DNA of 60,000 nucleotides, taken from NCBI GenBank assembly GCA_016213525.1, contig JACRAE010000005.1, positions 83,405 through 143,404 of the forward strand. Direction: 5' to 3'. Shown in pieces: positions 1 to 8,585 of the stretch; the first letter of the stretch is position 1, and each line of letters begins with the position of its first letter. The DNA is from Candidatus Aenigmatarchaeota archaeon (lineage in GTDB: Archaea > Aenigmatarchaeota > Aenigmatarchaeia > CG10238-14 > SCSR01). A program made the translations under genes and the position numbers. The notes beneath the pieces are model-generated. The model made no database searches. It was not told the origin of the DNA and saw only the letters and a program-made list of their open reading frames with translations.

Positions 1-30
1 TTTTATCCTGCGGCTCACAAATTCCTCTCA

Positions 31-612
31 ATGTGCCTCGAATATTTTAAGTGGGCGAAGGAAGTCTGCTTCGACCCGAAGAAGAACACCAAGAAGGACT
101 ACAGGTATTTTGATTTTGTAAAGAGGCTGGCCACGGTGTCGCTCGTGTCCGGCGTCGCCATGACCGTCATGGCCTTCCTGACCTTCGGCGAGGAGCTCTC
201 GACTGGGGACATGGTTGCGTGGTCGTCCATTTTCTTCTTCGTGCCGGTCTACGTCATAGCCGCCGCGATAGGTCCCTTCGTCAACGGCGCCATATACCAC
301 TTCTTCGGCAAGATCGTCTTCAAGTTGATGAGGGGGGACTACAAGAAGACCTACAACGCGGCCGCATACATGGACGTGCCGAGCTTCATGTTCGGATGGA
401 TACCCGTCATAGGCGGCATAGTGTCGATGGTTTGGGGCGTCGTTGTGGGAGTGTCCGCGTTCTCGAACCAGCACAAAATATCCAGGGGGAAGTCCCTGGT
501 GGTCGTCTTGACCCCGATTGCAATAGCATTCGTCCTGGTGTTGTTGCTCGCAATCTTCGCCTACAGCTACGTGGCCCCCCTGTTCATGGGATCCGAGCTA
601 CCGTCCTACTAG
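31..612 (+). CDS. YIP1-family membrane protein
   Basis: 193 aa with about 5 hydrophobic segments; 'GDYKKTYNAAAY..P...GWIPVIG' and 'HKISRGKS' match the archaeal Yip1-domain pattern. Confidence 0.65.
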   Translation: MCLEYFKWAKEVCFDPKKNTKKDYRYFDFVKRLATVSLVSGVAMTVMAFLTFGEELSTGDMVAWSSIFFFVPVYVIAAAIGPFVNGAIYHFFGKIVFKLMRGDYKKTYNAAAYMDVPSFMFGWIPVIGGIVSMVWGVVVGVSAFSNQHKISRGKSLVVVLTPIAIAFVLVLLLAIFAYSYVAPLFMGSELPSY

Positions 613-643
613 CCTCTTCTGAGCAATTCGACTGCTCGAGGAA

Positions 644-1048
644 CTATCGGAACTCTTCCTTCTTCGTCCAGAGGTAGAAGACTATCATCCCGGATATCAC
701 GGTGCTGACGAAGTTTAGACTGAACAGGCTCGCCACGAAGGAGACGCCGTTGAATATGACGACCCACGTCCAGCCGCGCCTTTCCATATCCCAGAGCCAC
801 TTGGTCACTATCCCGGTCACTAGACCGAGGAGCATGAAGACTAGGCCGGTTATCTGGCTCGCCGGCCCGAACAGGCCCCCCATCATCGGCATGAATGACA
901 TGAACCCCCCAAACGACAGCAGGAACACACCGCCGACGAACTGGACTGCCGCCCCAATCCAGTTCAAAATTGATATGACAGTTATACCGAGCGGCCTCTC
1001 AGGTATCCGAGACTTTCTGGCTTTCATTCGAAATTTCTTTTTCGGCAT
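644..1048 (-). CDS. Small membrane protein (4 TM)
   Basis: 'RPLGITVISIL' start followed by 4 hydrophobic segments; start taken at MPKKK. Confidence 0.6.
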   Translation of the reverse strand: MPKKKFRMKARKSRIPERPLGITVISILNWIGAAVQFVGGVFLLSFGGFMSFMPMMGGLFGPASQITGLVFMLLGLVTGIVTKWLWDMERRGWTWVVIFNGVSFVASLFSLNFVSTVISGMIVFYLWTKKEEFR

Positions 1049-1081
1049 GTGGTCCAAGATAAGATTGGTAGCGGAGTTATT

Positions 1082-1726
1082 TTAACTTGACTTCTCACCC
1101 GTAATTCCCACCCTCCTCAGTTCTGCCAGGACCATCGATGCGTTTTCAGAAGGCGTGGCCGACGGGTCGACGCGGTACACGACTATCGGGACGCCGGCCG
1201 TCCTGTAATGGTCGTTCATCACCTTTGACATCTTTTCGTAGTAGTACATCCTCATCTTGAGGTTCTCCGGGGTGTCGTCCTCCCTCTTCACCAGGACGCC
1301 GCCGCACAAGTCGCACACTCCATGCGTCTTGGGCTTGTCTGTGGACATGTTGAAGCTGACGAAGCAGTCACTACAGACGACCCTGTAGGCGACCCTCTTC
1401 ATTATGACATCCTCCCCCATCTGGAACTCGACTATGGCGTCAATCTTGTTCGAGGCGTCGAAGAATCTGGCCTGTTCCGGGCTGTATGGGTATCCGACCA
1501 GGACGAAACCGCCGTCCATAGGGATCTCTTTCGACATGACCTCGTTGACAAACTTGTCCGGGAAGACCTCGCCCTTCCTCATGTAGTCGGAGAGCGTCGG
1601 GTCCGAGGCCGCCTTCTTCATCAGCGTGTAGCCGGAGGATATAAGCCTCAAGCCCAGGGACTTCGCAACCTCCCTGCCTATCTTGCCGCGGCCTGACGCA
1701 GGCGGGCCGAACAGTATGATTTTCAT
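1082..1726 (-). CDS. adk: Adenylate-kinase-like protein (bacterial long type with Zn lid), catalytic motifs altered
   Basis: MKIILFGPPASGRGK P-loop region, lid CSDC...CDLC, 'KREDD'; ATG at 1726 because the upstream part of the ORF overlaps a tRNA. Confidence 0.8.
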   Translation of the reverse strand: MKIILFGPPASGRGKIGREVAKSLGLRLISSGYTLMKKAASDPTLSDYMRKGEVFPDKFVNEVMSKEIPMDGGFVLVGYPYSPEQARFFDASNKIDAIVEFQMGEDVIMKRVAYRVVCSDCFVSFNMSTDKPKTHGVCDLCGGVLVKREDDTPENLKMRMYYYEKMSKVMNDHYRTAGVPIVVYRVDPSATPSENASMVLAELRRVGITGEKSS

Positions 1727-1745
1727 CTCATCTCTCCTTGTGGTG

Positions 1746-1818
1746 TGCGCCAGCCGGGATTTGAACCCGGGCTCTAAGCTTGGGAAGCTCATGTCCTACC
1801 AGGCTAGACTACTGGCGC
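1746..1818 (-). tRNA. tRNA-Gly(CCC)
   Basis: GCGCCAG acceptor stem, anticodon arm TGAGC-TTCCCAA-GCTTA, T-loop GGTTCAAATCC; CCA not encoded at the canonical position. Confidence 0.95.
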
Positions 1819-1859
1819 TCTGCTAAGAAACCCTAGTTTTCGAAGGTAAAAAGATTTTG

Positions 1860-2013
1860 CGCTGAGGAGGGGATTTGAACCCCCATAGGCTTGCGCCTGC
1901 CGGTTGCCTAGCTCCCCGCTCAATTCACCTCCGACTCATCACGGGTCAGAGTCAAGCCATGTTATCATCGGGAGATTCAAGACCGGTGCACTACCGGGTT
2001 ATGCGACCTCAGC
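1860..2013 (-). tRNA. tRNA-Ser(TGA) with 70-nt intron at position 37/38 (intron 1906-1975)
   Basis: GCTGAGG/CCTCAGC acceptor stem, G73, anticodon stem CCGGT/ACCGG, CT-TGA-A, long variable arm AGGC-GCAA-GCCT, T-loop TTCAAAT; relaxed bulge-helix-bulge at the splice junctions. Confidence 0.93.
1906..1975 (-). ncRNA. Putative intron-encoded box C/D methylation guide sRNA
   Basis: On - strand: CTCCC stem, C box ATGATAA (1968-1962), 12-nt guide, D' CTGA (1949-1946), CCC, C' GTGATGA (1942-1936), 12-nt guide, D TTGA (1923-1920), GGGAG stem. Confidence 0.82.
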
Positions 2014-2056
2014 AATCCTTGGTTGTGGCTGCAACGATATAAAAAGAGCAGTTATC

Positions 2057-2776
2057 TCACTTCAGATATTTCTCCAGGTCTATCTTCGACGTGCCGTATT
2101 TGCCGAAATATTCCCTTATGGACACCTTCAGGTCCTCGTCGTTCATCTTTTGCGTGAAGCTTAGTTGGAGCGGAACCAGGTTCAGCGCGTTGCTCATCGG
2201 ATAGTAGGGTATGCCCTCATTTTCAAATAGCTCCTGAACGCTCAGGCCGTCATCCCTCCTCTCGTTCCTGTCCGTGAGAGTCACGCAGCCCAGTATCTTC
2301 GCGCCCTTCTTCTTCGCCATCTTTATCTCTTCCATAACCGACCCGGCGGTGGTCGTCGTGTCCTCTATCACAACCGAACCGTTCTTAGGGTCGCCGAAAA
2401 CGTAGTCCCTGTACTTGGGATTCCCATGGTCGTCTTTCGGCTTGCTCCTCCTTACGATTATGGGGTAGCTTATTTTTTCGTAGTCGGGCTGCCGTTTGGC
2501 CCACTCGTAAGTGGCTATGGAGCCCAGATTACCGGAACCCTCTATAACGCCTATGAAGGATTTCGGGTTTAGGTCCTTGCTTTTTACAAAGGGAATCAAG
2601 TACTGGTTGACCAGCTCGCTGAGCGTATACGCCTCGCCCATTATGAATTTCCAGTCTATGTAGTATGGGGAAATCCTACCGGAGCTGAGCTTCGTCTCCT
2701 CGAACCCGACTATGTTATGCTCCATCACGTATTTGTTGAAGGCGCCTTGGTTGAAGGATGACCCGTTTTTGGACAT
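2057..2776 (-). CDS. pyrE: Orotate phosphoribosyltransferase-like type I PRTase
   Basis: 'LSSGRISPYYID', flexible loop 'RRSKPKDDHG', PRPP motif 'VVIEDTTTTAGS'. Confidence 0.75.
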   Translation of the reverse strand: MSKNGSSFNQGAFNKYVMEHNIVGFEETKLSSGRISPYYIDWKFIMGEAYTLSELVNQYLIPFVKSKDLNPKSFIGVIEGSGNLGSIATYEWAKRQPDYEKISYPIIVRRSKPKDDHGNPKYRDYVFGDPKNGSVVIEDTTTTAGSVMEEIKMAKKKGAKILGCVTLTDRNERRDDGLSVQELFENEGIPYYPMSNALNLVPLQLSFTQKMNDEDLKVSIREYFGKYGTSKIDLEKYLK

Positions 2777-2832
2777 GTTACATCTCGTTTATTTTTTAGA
2801 ATGTGAGCGAAGCTTTTATCCTTGTCGAAAAT

Positions 2833-3123
2833 TCACTGGCTTGATATTTCCATCTTGCCGCTCCTCGGAAGGTTGAGCTGCATCTTGTCCCTGAACTCGG
2901 TGACGTACCCGCCCTCTATTGTGAGGACGTCCCCCACGCGGACCTGATCAATCTTCTCCTCCCAGAGCGAGAGGGTTATCTGGCCGCTCTCGTCCTCGAG
3001 CACGCAGTCGGCGACCGACTTCCTGCCGTACTTAGTGTTGACCTCGCGCTTCTCTCCCTTGTCCACAACCCTGGCCTGCAGGGCTATGTTGTTCGAGCTG
3101 CGCGTAATCTCGCCTATTTTCAT
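2833..3123 (-). CDS. Single OB-fold ssDNA-binding protein (SSB/RPA)
   Basis: 'VADCVLEDESGQITLSLW...VGDVLTIEGGYVTEFRDKMQLN' matches the archaeal SSB/RPA OB fold. Confidence 0.85.
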   Translation of the reverse strand: MKIGEITRSSNNIALQARVVDKGEKREVNTKYGRKSVADCVLEDESGQITLSLWEEKIDQVRVGDVLTIEGGYVTEFRDKMQLNLPRSGKMEISSQ

Positions 3124-3160
3124 GTAAACCAATTAAACAGTTCCATATTTAAGGATTTTG

Positions 3161-4039
3161 TCAAATGGAGGTCCTGACGAGCCTGTCCGTCCTTACGGCG
3201 GAGCCCTTCTTCCTCTTCGCAATCTCCGAGCTGTCCATCTTCGCTATCCCTATCGCGACCAGCTTCCCGCCATCCGAGAGGACCGCAACGGTCTCGCCTC
3301 TTACTATACCGTCGTCGCATTTCTCCACTCCTATCACGTAAAGCGGCGAGCCCTTCAATATAGTCTCTATTGCGGATTCTTTCGCCCAGACTTTTTTCGC
3401 GTTGCCCAGACCCCTCTCTATCGGTATGGCAATCTTCTCGATCATCGAAGCGTCCCCGTTCTTCGCCATCTCGAGGGCGTCTTTCACTTCCATGAGAGAA
3501 TGAGCGTGCGATTCGTTGAACACGCCAGCCTTCGTCCTCCTGAGCTCCGCCATGTGCGCGCCGACTCCCATCCTTTGTCCCATGTCGTGGCACAGCTTCC
3601 TTATGTAGGTGCCGGCCTCCGTCTTGGTCCTGAAAAGTATGTCGTTCCCGTCGACGTCCAGTATCTCGAACTCGAATATCTCCCTCTCCCTCTCGCGCCT
3701 GGCGACGGCCGACTTCTTCGGAGGCCTCTGGCTTATCTTTCCTATGAACTCCGACACCACCTGGTCTATTTTTTCCCTTGGGACCTCATGATGTAGGTGC
3801 ATAACGCCGACGTACTCCTTATGAGACCCGGAGAAGAGGGGCATCGCCTTGACGCAGTCCCCGAGGAGGATTGGCAGTACGCCGGTTACCATCGGGTCCA
3901 GCGTGCCGGTGTGCCCGACTTTCTTCAGCCCCAGCATGTCGCGCAGCCACCCCGAAACCTGGTGCGAGGTGGGGCCCGCGTGCTTGTCCACTACAATCAC
4001 GGAATAATTTATCCAATCCGATACGTCCTTCGAAGCCAT
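3161..4039 (-). CDS. cbf5: H/ACA RNA-guided pseudouridine synthase Cbf5 (TruB family)
   Basis: 'DKHAGPTSHQV', 'GHTGTLDP', 'GTYIRKLC', C-terminal PUA domain. Confidence 0.95.
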   Translation of the reverse strand: MASKDVSDWINYSVIVVDKHAGPTSHQVSGWLRDMLGLKKVGHTGTLDPMVTGVLPILLGDCVKAMPLFSGSHKEYVGVMHLHHEVPREKIDQVVSEFIGKISQRPPKKSAVARREREREIFEFEILDVDGNDILFRTKTEAGTYIRKLCHDMGQRMGVGAHMAELRRTKAGVFNESHAHSLMEVKDALEMAKNGDASMIEKIAIPIERGLGNAKKVWAKESAIETILKGSPLYVIGVEKCDDGIVRGETVAVLSDGGKLVAIGIAKMDSSEIAKRKKGSAVRTDRLVRTSI

Positions 4040-4121
4040 GAATTAATTTTATCCGCCTAGATTAAACTGTTTAGCCGCGTGAGAAAACCAGTTACGTTCG
4101 AGGAAAATATGCTTTACTGCT

Positions 4122-4499
4122 CTACTTCTTCTCTTTCTTCGCCTTGGCTTCCTTCTTGCCGCCCTCGACGGGCTTCGCCTCAGCCTTGGCCTGGTCTTTT
4201 GCAGCCCTCGCCTTCATCTGGGCGGCGGACGGCATCTTCAGCCCGAACTTCTTCGTCAAGCCGGCCTTGTCTAGGGCCGCTATGACCTGCTCGTCAGTAG
4301 AGTTCTCCGAGACGTCGACCATGTACTGTGTGGGCTCGAGGTGCGAGACGTTGGACTTCCTCCTCTTGACACCCGTGAGTATCTTAGGTCCAGTCACCAA
4401 GCCGAAGCTCGGGCCCTCGCTCTTCAAAAAGACGCAGTAGCCTCCAGACTCCCTTCCGGCGACCTTCATGCAAACTCTGCCCACCTGTAGCGAAGCCAT
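4122..4499 (-). CDS. rpl14e: 50S ribosomal protein eL14 with Lys/Ala-rich tail
   Basis: 'VGRVCMKVAGRESG...VTGPK..TGVKRRKSNVSHLEPT'. Confidence 0.93.
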   Translation of the reverse strand: MASLQVGRVCMKVAGRESGGYCVFLKSEGPSFGLVTGPKILTGVKRRKSNVSHLEPTQYMVDVSENSTDEQVIAALDKAGLTKKFGLKMPSAAQMKARAAKDQAKAEAKPVEGGKKEAKAKKEKK

Positions 4500-4536
4500 A
4501 CAACCAACTGTTTTCCGGGGTTTAAATGTTTTTCAT

Positions 4537-4776
4537 TCATGCTGTTCTTGCTTTTTCTCTCAGCACGTCCCTGCTGCAGGCAGAGCACATAGAACCGCCG
4601 AACTTCCTGCTCACGCTCTTCTTCGTGATGGAGGAGTTCGCGAGCTTGGCCGTCCCCATCCTTTTCATACCGTGGAGCAGTACTCCGCAGGATGAGCAGG
4701 TGAGGCTAGTGGTCTTTCTCGACGTGTTCTGTGGCCTGTTTCTGTTCCCAGGCGTTCTGATTTTTCTTGTTGCCAT
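4537..4776 (-). CDS. rpl34e: 50S ribosomal protein eL34
   Basis: 'RTPG', CxxC, 'SRKFGGSMCSAC'; conserved position after DUF106. Confidence 0.88.
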   Translation of the reverse strand: MATRKIRTPGNRNRPQNTSRKTTSLTCSSCGVLLHGMKRMGTAKLANSSITKKSVSRKFGGSMCSACSRDVLREKARTA

Positions 4777-5306
4777 TAGATATCACTCCCAACTATCTTT
4801 CTCATGGCCGTGCCAGCCGCGAACCCCACCAGGAAATACCACCAGAACCACTCTATGGTCGCGATGTCCGTCATTGGTATCGTGAACGGCAGGCTTGCAA
4901 CATTTGCGTTGACCACGGCGCCCGCCTCGTCGAGATGGGCGTACTTGTAGGTCAGCCATGGGAAAAATATGAAGAATATCACTATAGAAACGACCATTAT
5001 CTTGATTGTCTGCTTCATGTACTGGCCGTTCGTCTGCATGAGCTCGTTCAGGAGGGCCTCCTGGTTCTTCTTGTCACCGGACTTCTGAGCCTTGTTGAGC
5101 CTCTCTTTTATCTCCTCCATCTTCTCCTTCACCTCGGCGAGGAGCTTCCTGTTGACGAAGAGCCTGCTCACCGCCATTATCAGCGCGGTGAGGAAGACGG
5201 CCATGATGCCTATCGTCGCGTAGTCCGGCAGCGCCTGGAATATCGGCGACAGCACCGGGTCGAGAGCGACGCCTATCGGATGCAGTGCGCTTTCAATCGA
5301 TCCCAT
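4776..5306 (-). CDS. DUF106 / EMC3-TMCO1 (Oxa1 superfamily) membrane insertase
   Basis: TM, coiled coil, then 2 TM; C-terminal 'WFWWYFL'; conserved position downstream of secY. Confidence 0.88.
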   Translation of the reverse strand: MGSIESALHPIGVALDPVLSPIFQALPDYATIGIMAVFLTALIMAVSRLFVNRKLLAEVKEKMEEIKERLNKAQKSGDKKNQEALLNELMQTNGQYMKQTIKIMVVSIVIFFIFFPWLTYKYAHLDEAGAVVNANVASLPFTIPMTDIATIEWFWWYFLVGFAAGTAMRKIVGSDI

Positions 5307-5310
5307 ACCA

Positions 5311-6855
5311 TCATGCCCCCAACATCTTCCTGAAGATGGGGTGAGCCCCCTCCAGGTCCTGGTTCCTCAGCTCCTCGTAGTAGTTGTACACTATCATCAC
5401 GGTGAGCAGTATCCCGGTTCCCGTTCCTATCGCGCCTATGGTGTCGGCGAAGGCGGCTAGCAGGCCGACGAAGAAGCCGCCGAGGACCGCGAGGTGCGGT
5501 ATGTACCTGTTCAGAACAGACTCGATTATCCTCGGGTCGCGCCTGTAGCCCGGTATCTGAAGTCCGACGCCCTGTATCTGGCCCGCGACCGTCTTGGCGT
5601 CCATGCCGGCCGTGCTCATCCAGAACACGGAGAAAATTATAGAGCCGACAGTGAGGAACACCGCGTACGTCAGTATCCTGAGCAGTTCTTGGTTGACGAA
5701 CACTCCGCCTATTATGTCGACGAGTATCCCACCTCCGCTTCCAGGCGACGAGAGGTAGTAGAGGACGCCGTCGACCGGCGTGTTGTTGTTCGCCGGATTC
5801 ACACAGCCAAGTATGCTACACATGTACCCGGTCTCCGGGTTCAGCGACATGCCGAAGCTCGACATCAGCTGCAGGTTCGCGAGCAGGGCGGTCGTGAGTA
5901 TGACCGGAACGTTGCTGGTATAGAAGAGCTTGAGCGACCAGTTCCTCCCAAAGCCGCGGAGGGCGGAGAATGCCAGCGGCACCTCGACCCTTATACCCTG
6001 CACGTATACAATAAGCAGGAAAACGCCTATAGTGGAGAGTATCGGGACGCTGCTCAGAAGCACGGCAGTCAGGTCCCCGCCGAACACTCCTATAACTGAG
6101 TTCCACAGCAGGCCTATCGGGGCGTTGGCTTCGTTGGGTATGCAGCTCTGGAAGTTGAGCGCCTCGCATCCCACGGTGAACGGCGACAGGACTCTGATGA
6201 ATATCTGGTTGCCGACGCCCGCCGCGATGAACAGGCTGATTCCAGAGCCGAATCCCCACTTGGAGACCAGGTCGTCCAGCAAAATTACTATGAGGCCACC
6301 CAGCGCCAGCTGCGCCATCACTAGGGCCATAGTCGGGCCCGGCGCTACCGGTCCGAGAGCCCCGAACGAGACGTACGCTATCGACTCCACAACTGCGAAC
6401 ACGACCGCGAGGACCTTGCTAGTCGACTGGAACTTCTTCCTGGAGTCGGGCTTCGACATGTCAAGGTTTATTATCTTCGACCCGACTAGGAGCTGCAGGA
6501 TTATTCCCGCGGTGACTATCGGCCCGATTCCCAGCGTCATCATGCTGCCGAAGCTGGCACCCAGGACTATCTCTATGTATCCGACGTTCGGGACCTTGTC
6601 CTTGTCGACGCCGATCACCGTTATGTGCGAGAGTATCAGGTAGGCGAGCAGGGCGACCCCGACCCACATCATCCTGGTGTTGAAGCTCTGCTTGTAGAGC
6701 GGCTTCTGGACGGACGGTATGAACTTGGAGAAGCCGACTATCGTGTCGAGAAGGTCGAATTTCCTGCCCTGTTTCGTTGGAGAATGGACCGGTTGGTTCT
6801 GCTGCGGTTGGGACGCTGGCGCGCTCGGCGCTGGGGCTGGCGCGTCGCCGTTCAT
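5311..6855 (-). CDS. secY: Preprotein translocase subunit SecY
   Basis: 'LGIGPIVTAGIILQLL', 'KWGFGSGISLFIAA', 'FYTSNVPVIL', 'IPGYRRD', 'GTGILLTV'. Confidence 0.97.
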   Translation of the reverse strand: MNGDAPAPAPSAPASQPQQNQPVHSPTKQGRKFDLLDTIVGFSKFIPSVQKPLYKQSFNTRMMWVGVALLAYLILSHITVIGVDKDKVPNVGYIEIVLGASFGSMMTLGIGPIVTAGIILQLLVGSKIINLDMSKPDSRKKFQSTSKVLAVVFAVVESIAYVSFGALGPVAPGPTMALVMAQLALGGLIVILLDDLVSKWGFGSGISLFIAAGVGNQIFIRVLSPFTVGCEALNFQSCIPNEANAPIGLLWNSVIGVFGGDLTAVLLSSVPILSTIGVFLLIVYVQGIRVEVPLAFSALRGFGRNWSLKLFYTSNVPVILTTALLANLQLMSSFGMSLNPETGYMCSILGCVNPANNNTPVDGVLYYLSSPGSGGGILVDIIGGVFVNQELLRILTYAVFLTVGSIIFSVFWMSTAGMDAKTVAGQIQGVGLQIPGYRRDPRIIESVLNRYIPHLAVLGGFFVGLLAAFADTIGAIGTGTGILLTVMIVYNYYEELRNQDLEGAHPIFRKMLGA

Positions 6856-7286
6856 ACCTTGACAGCCTTCCCGCCGGCCTCCTGTATCTTGGCCTCGGCC
6901 TGTTTCGAGAACATCTTCGCGTGGATCTCCAGCGGGCTCTTGATGCTCCCGTTTCCGAGGACTTTGTCGTAGCCAGCCTTTGTCAGGTCAACCCTCATCG
7001 AGCCGCCCTGCTTCTCGGCGAACTTCATCTGGACAAAATTGTCTAGCATGCTGTCTATCTGGCTCAGAGTTATCGAGACCGCCTTCGCTCCCGTGTAGTG
7101 CCTGGTGAATCCGTGGCTGCCGAAGCGCGTCTTGTCGTACTTGACGACGTAGCTCCACTTGTGCTTGTGGCCGCCGGCCAATCCCCTACCGCCCCTGTTG
7201 CCGCCGCCCCTCCACTTCCTATGCGCGCCGTGCTCGGTCCTGTGGCCGCGGAACCTTCTCCTCTTCTTCTCCCTTGTGACTACCAT
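6852..7286 (-). CDS. rpl15: 50S ribosomal protein uL15
   Basis: 'RGGGNRGGRGLAG.HKHKW', 'KVLGNG', 'FSKQAEAKIQEAGG'. Confidence 0.95.
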   Translation of the reverse strand: MVVTREKKRRRFRGHRTEHGAHRKWRGGGNRGGRGLAGGHKHKWSYVVKYDKTRFGSHGFTRHYTGAKAVSITLSQIDSMLDNFVQMKFAEKQGGSMRVDLTKAGYDKVLGNGSIKSPLEIHAKMFSKQAEAKIQEAGGKAVKV

Positions 7287-7287
7287 T

Positions 7288-7752
7288 TCAGATCATCCTC
7301 GCGATGAGCTTGTTGATCTCCTTGCCCCTGTACCCGAGGTCGCCCTTCGGGTAGGTCAGGACGACGGACTTGAACCCCTTCGACGGCGGCGTAAGCCTTA
7401 TCGTCGGTTTCAACAGGTCGTTCTTGTGAATGTCGGCCTTGCCCTCTATCAGGGCCTCGGCGAAAGAGTCAAAACTGTCGAACTTCGTCGTCTCCTTGAG
7501 CTTCTTCTCGTCTACCTTGTCGTTGCTGCCCACGGCGCGCAGCCTCTTCTTCAGCATCGCGGAGAGCGTCTCCTTGTCGACCTCTCCCCACGTTATCCTG
7601 TCCTTCGTCTTCTGCAGCATGCCCTTCACCACGTCGTTCTGCGGCAGGAGGACGCAGTTGTTGGACGCGTGCAGGTTCATCATCCTCAGGGTAGCGGCCA
7701 CGTCGCCGTTGATCTTCTGTATGCCCCTGATCCTCAAAACGGCGAACATCAC
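7288..7752 (-). CDS. rpl30: 50S ribosomal protein uL30
   Basis: 'AVLRIRG', 'ITWGE', 'RLTPP.KGF', 'GDLGYRG.EIN.LI.RMI'. Confidence 0.95.
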   Translation of the reverse strand: MMFAVLRIRGIQKINGDVAATLRMMNLHASNNCVLLPQNDVVKGMLQKTKDRITWGEVDKETLSAMLKKRLRAVGSNDKVDEKKLKETTKFDSFDSFAEALIEGKADIHKNDLLKPTIRLTPPSKGFKSVVLTYPKGDLGYRGKEINKLIARMI

Positions 7753-8585
7753 TCATTCCCCCTGTCGTAGTTGTAGGACTTCTTCAGCGCGTCGAAAAGG
7801 GCGCTTATCAGGTTGAACCTCATCGACGTGTTGCCGAAGGTCTTCACCCAGACGTCCTTGAGCCCGGCCAGCTTCAGCAGCTTCTTCGCCTCGTTCTCGG
7901 CGACTATCCCGACTCCCTTCGGGGCGGGCAGTATCTCGACCCGGACGGAGCCGCATTTTCCAATGGTCTTGAACGGGACCGAGTGCGGGGTGCCGCAGCC
8001 GCACTCCCAGCTGCCGCATCCTCTCCTGATTTTTATAACGTTGATCTTCGCCTGCTCTATTCCCTTCCTTATGGCCTCCCTCGTCTCGACGGCGCGGCCC
8101 TGCGCCATGCCTACCAGGCCGTCCTCGTTCCCGACCACGACCAAAGCCGCGGTGTGGAACCTCCTGCCCGACTTGTGCATGGCAGCGGTTATCCTGACGG
8201 GTATCCTCTGTATGCCCCCGCCCTTCCCGGCGCGACCGCCCACGAGGACCAGCTCGTTCTTTATCCCCGGCACCAGCTTGTCGATTATCTGGTACTCCAT
8301 CACCTTCTTCCCCGACTCGATGACCTCGTCCATGCTGCTGATCCTGCCCTCGAACACGTCGCGGCCGAGCTTGGTCTTAGGGACCCAGTTAATCAGCGAC
8401 TCCGGCTCCGGGGAGGATGGTATCTCGGCCGGCACCTCGGGCACTATGACTGACCCTATCTGCGCCGAGGCTATCTCCTCGACCTTCGCCTCGATTGGCG
8501 CCTCGGCCATCTCCTTCGCTTCGACCGGAGCTTCGGTTATTTCCTTGGTTTCGACCGCTTCTTGCTTCTTCGTCATAACAATCAT
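7749..8585 (-). CDS. rps5: 30S ribosomal protein uS5 with acidic N-terminal extension
   Basis: 'WVPKTKLG', 'RRGCGSWECGCG.PHSVPF', 'PAPKGVG'; exact start uncertain (8585 or 8576). Confidence 0.95.
   Translation of the reverse strand: MIVMTKKQEAVETKEITEAPVEAKEMAEAPIEAKVEEIASAQIGSVIVPEVPAEIPSSPEPESLINWVPKTKLGRDVFEGRISSMDEVIESGKKVMEYQIIDKLVPGIKNELVLVGGRAGKGGGIQRIPVRITAAMHKSGRRFHTAALVVVGNEDGLVGMAQGRAVETREAIRKGIEQAKINVIKIRRGCGSWECGCGTPHSVPFKTIGKCGSVRVEILPAPKGVGIVAENEAKKLLKLAGLKDVWVKTFGNTSMRFNLISALFDALKKSYNYDRGNE

Noticed and set aside
1726-1792. N-terminal extensions of adk, serS, cysS, rpl24 and the HAD/YgjP ORFs in the ORF track
   Set aside because: They overlap tRNAs or neighbouring genes. Downstream ATGs match the family N-termini.
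1867-1895. Host tRNA-Ser as the cis target of the intron guides (CAAGCC-T-ATG in the variable arm; TCCCCTCC in the T-stem)
   Set aside because: Pairing needs a bulge or a mismatch next to the N+5 site and lies within stable stems, so it is weaker than the rRNA hypothesis, though not formally excluded.
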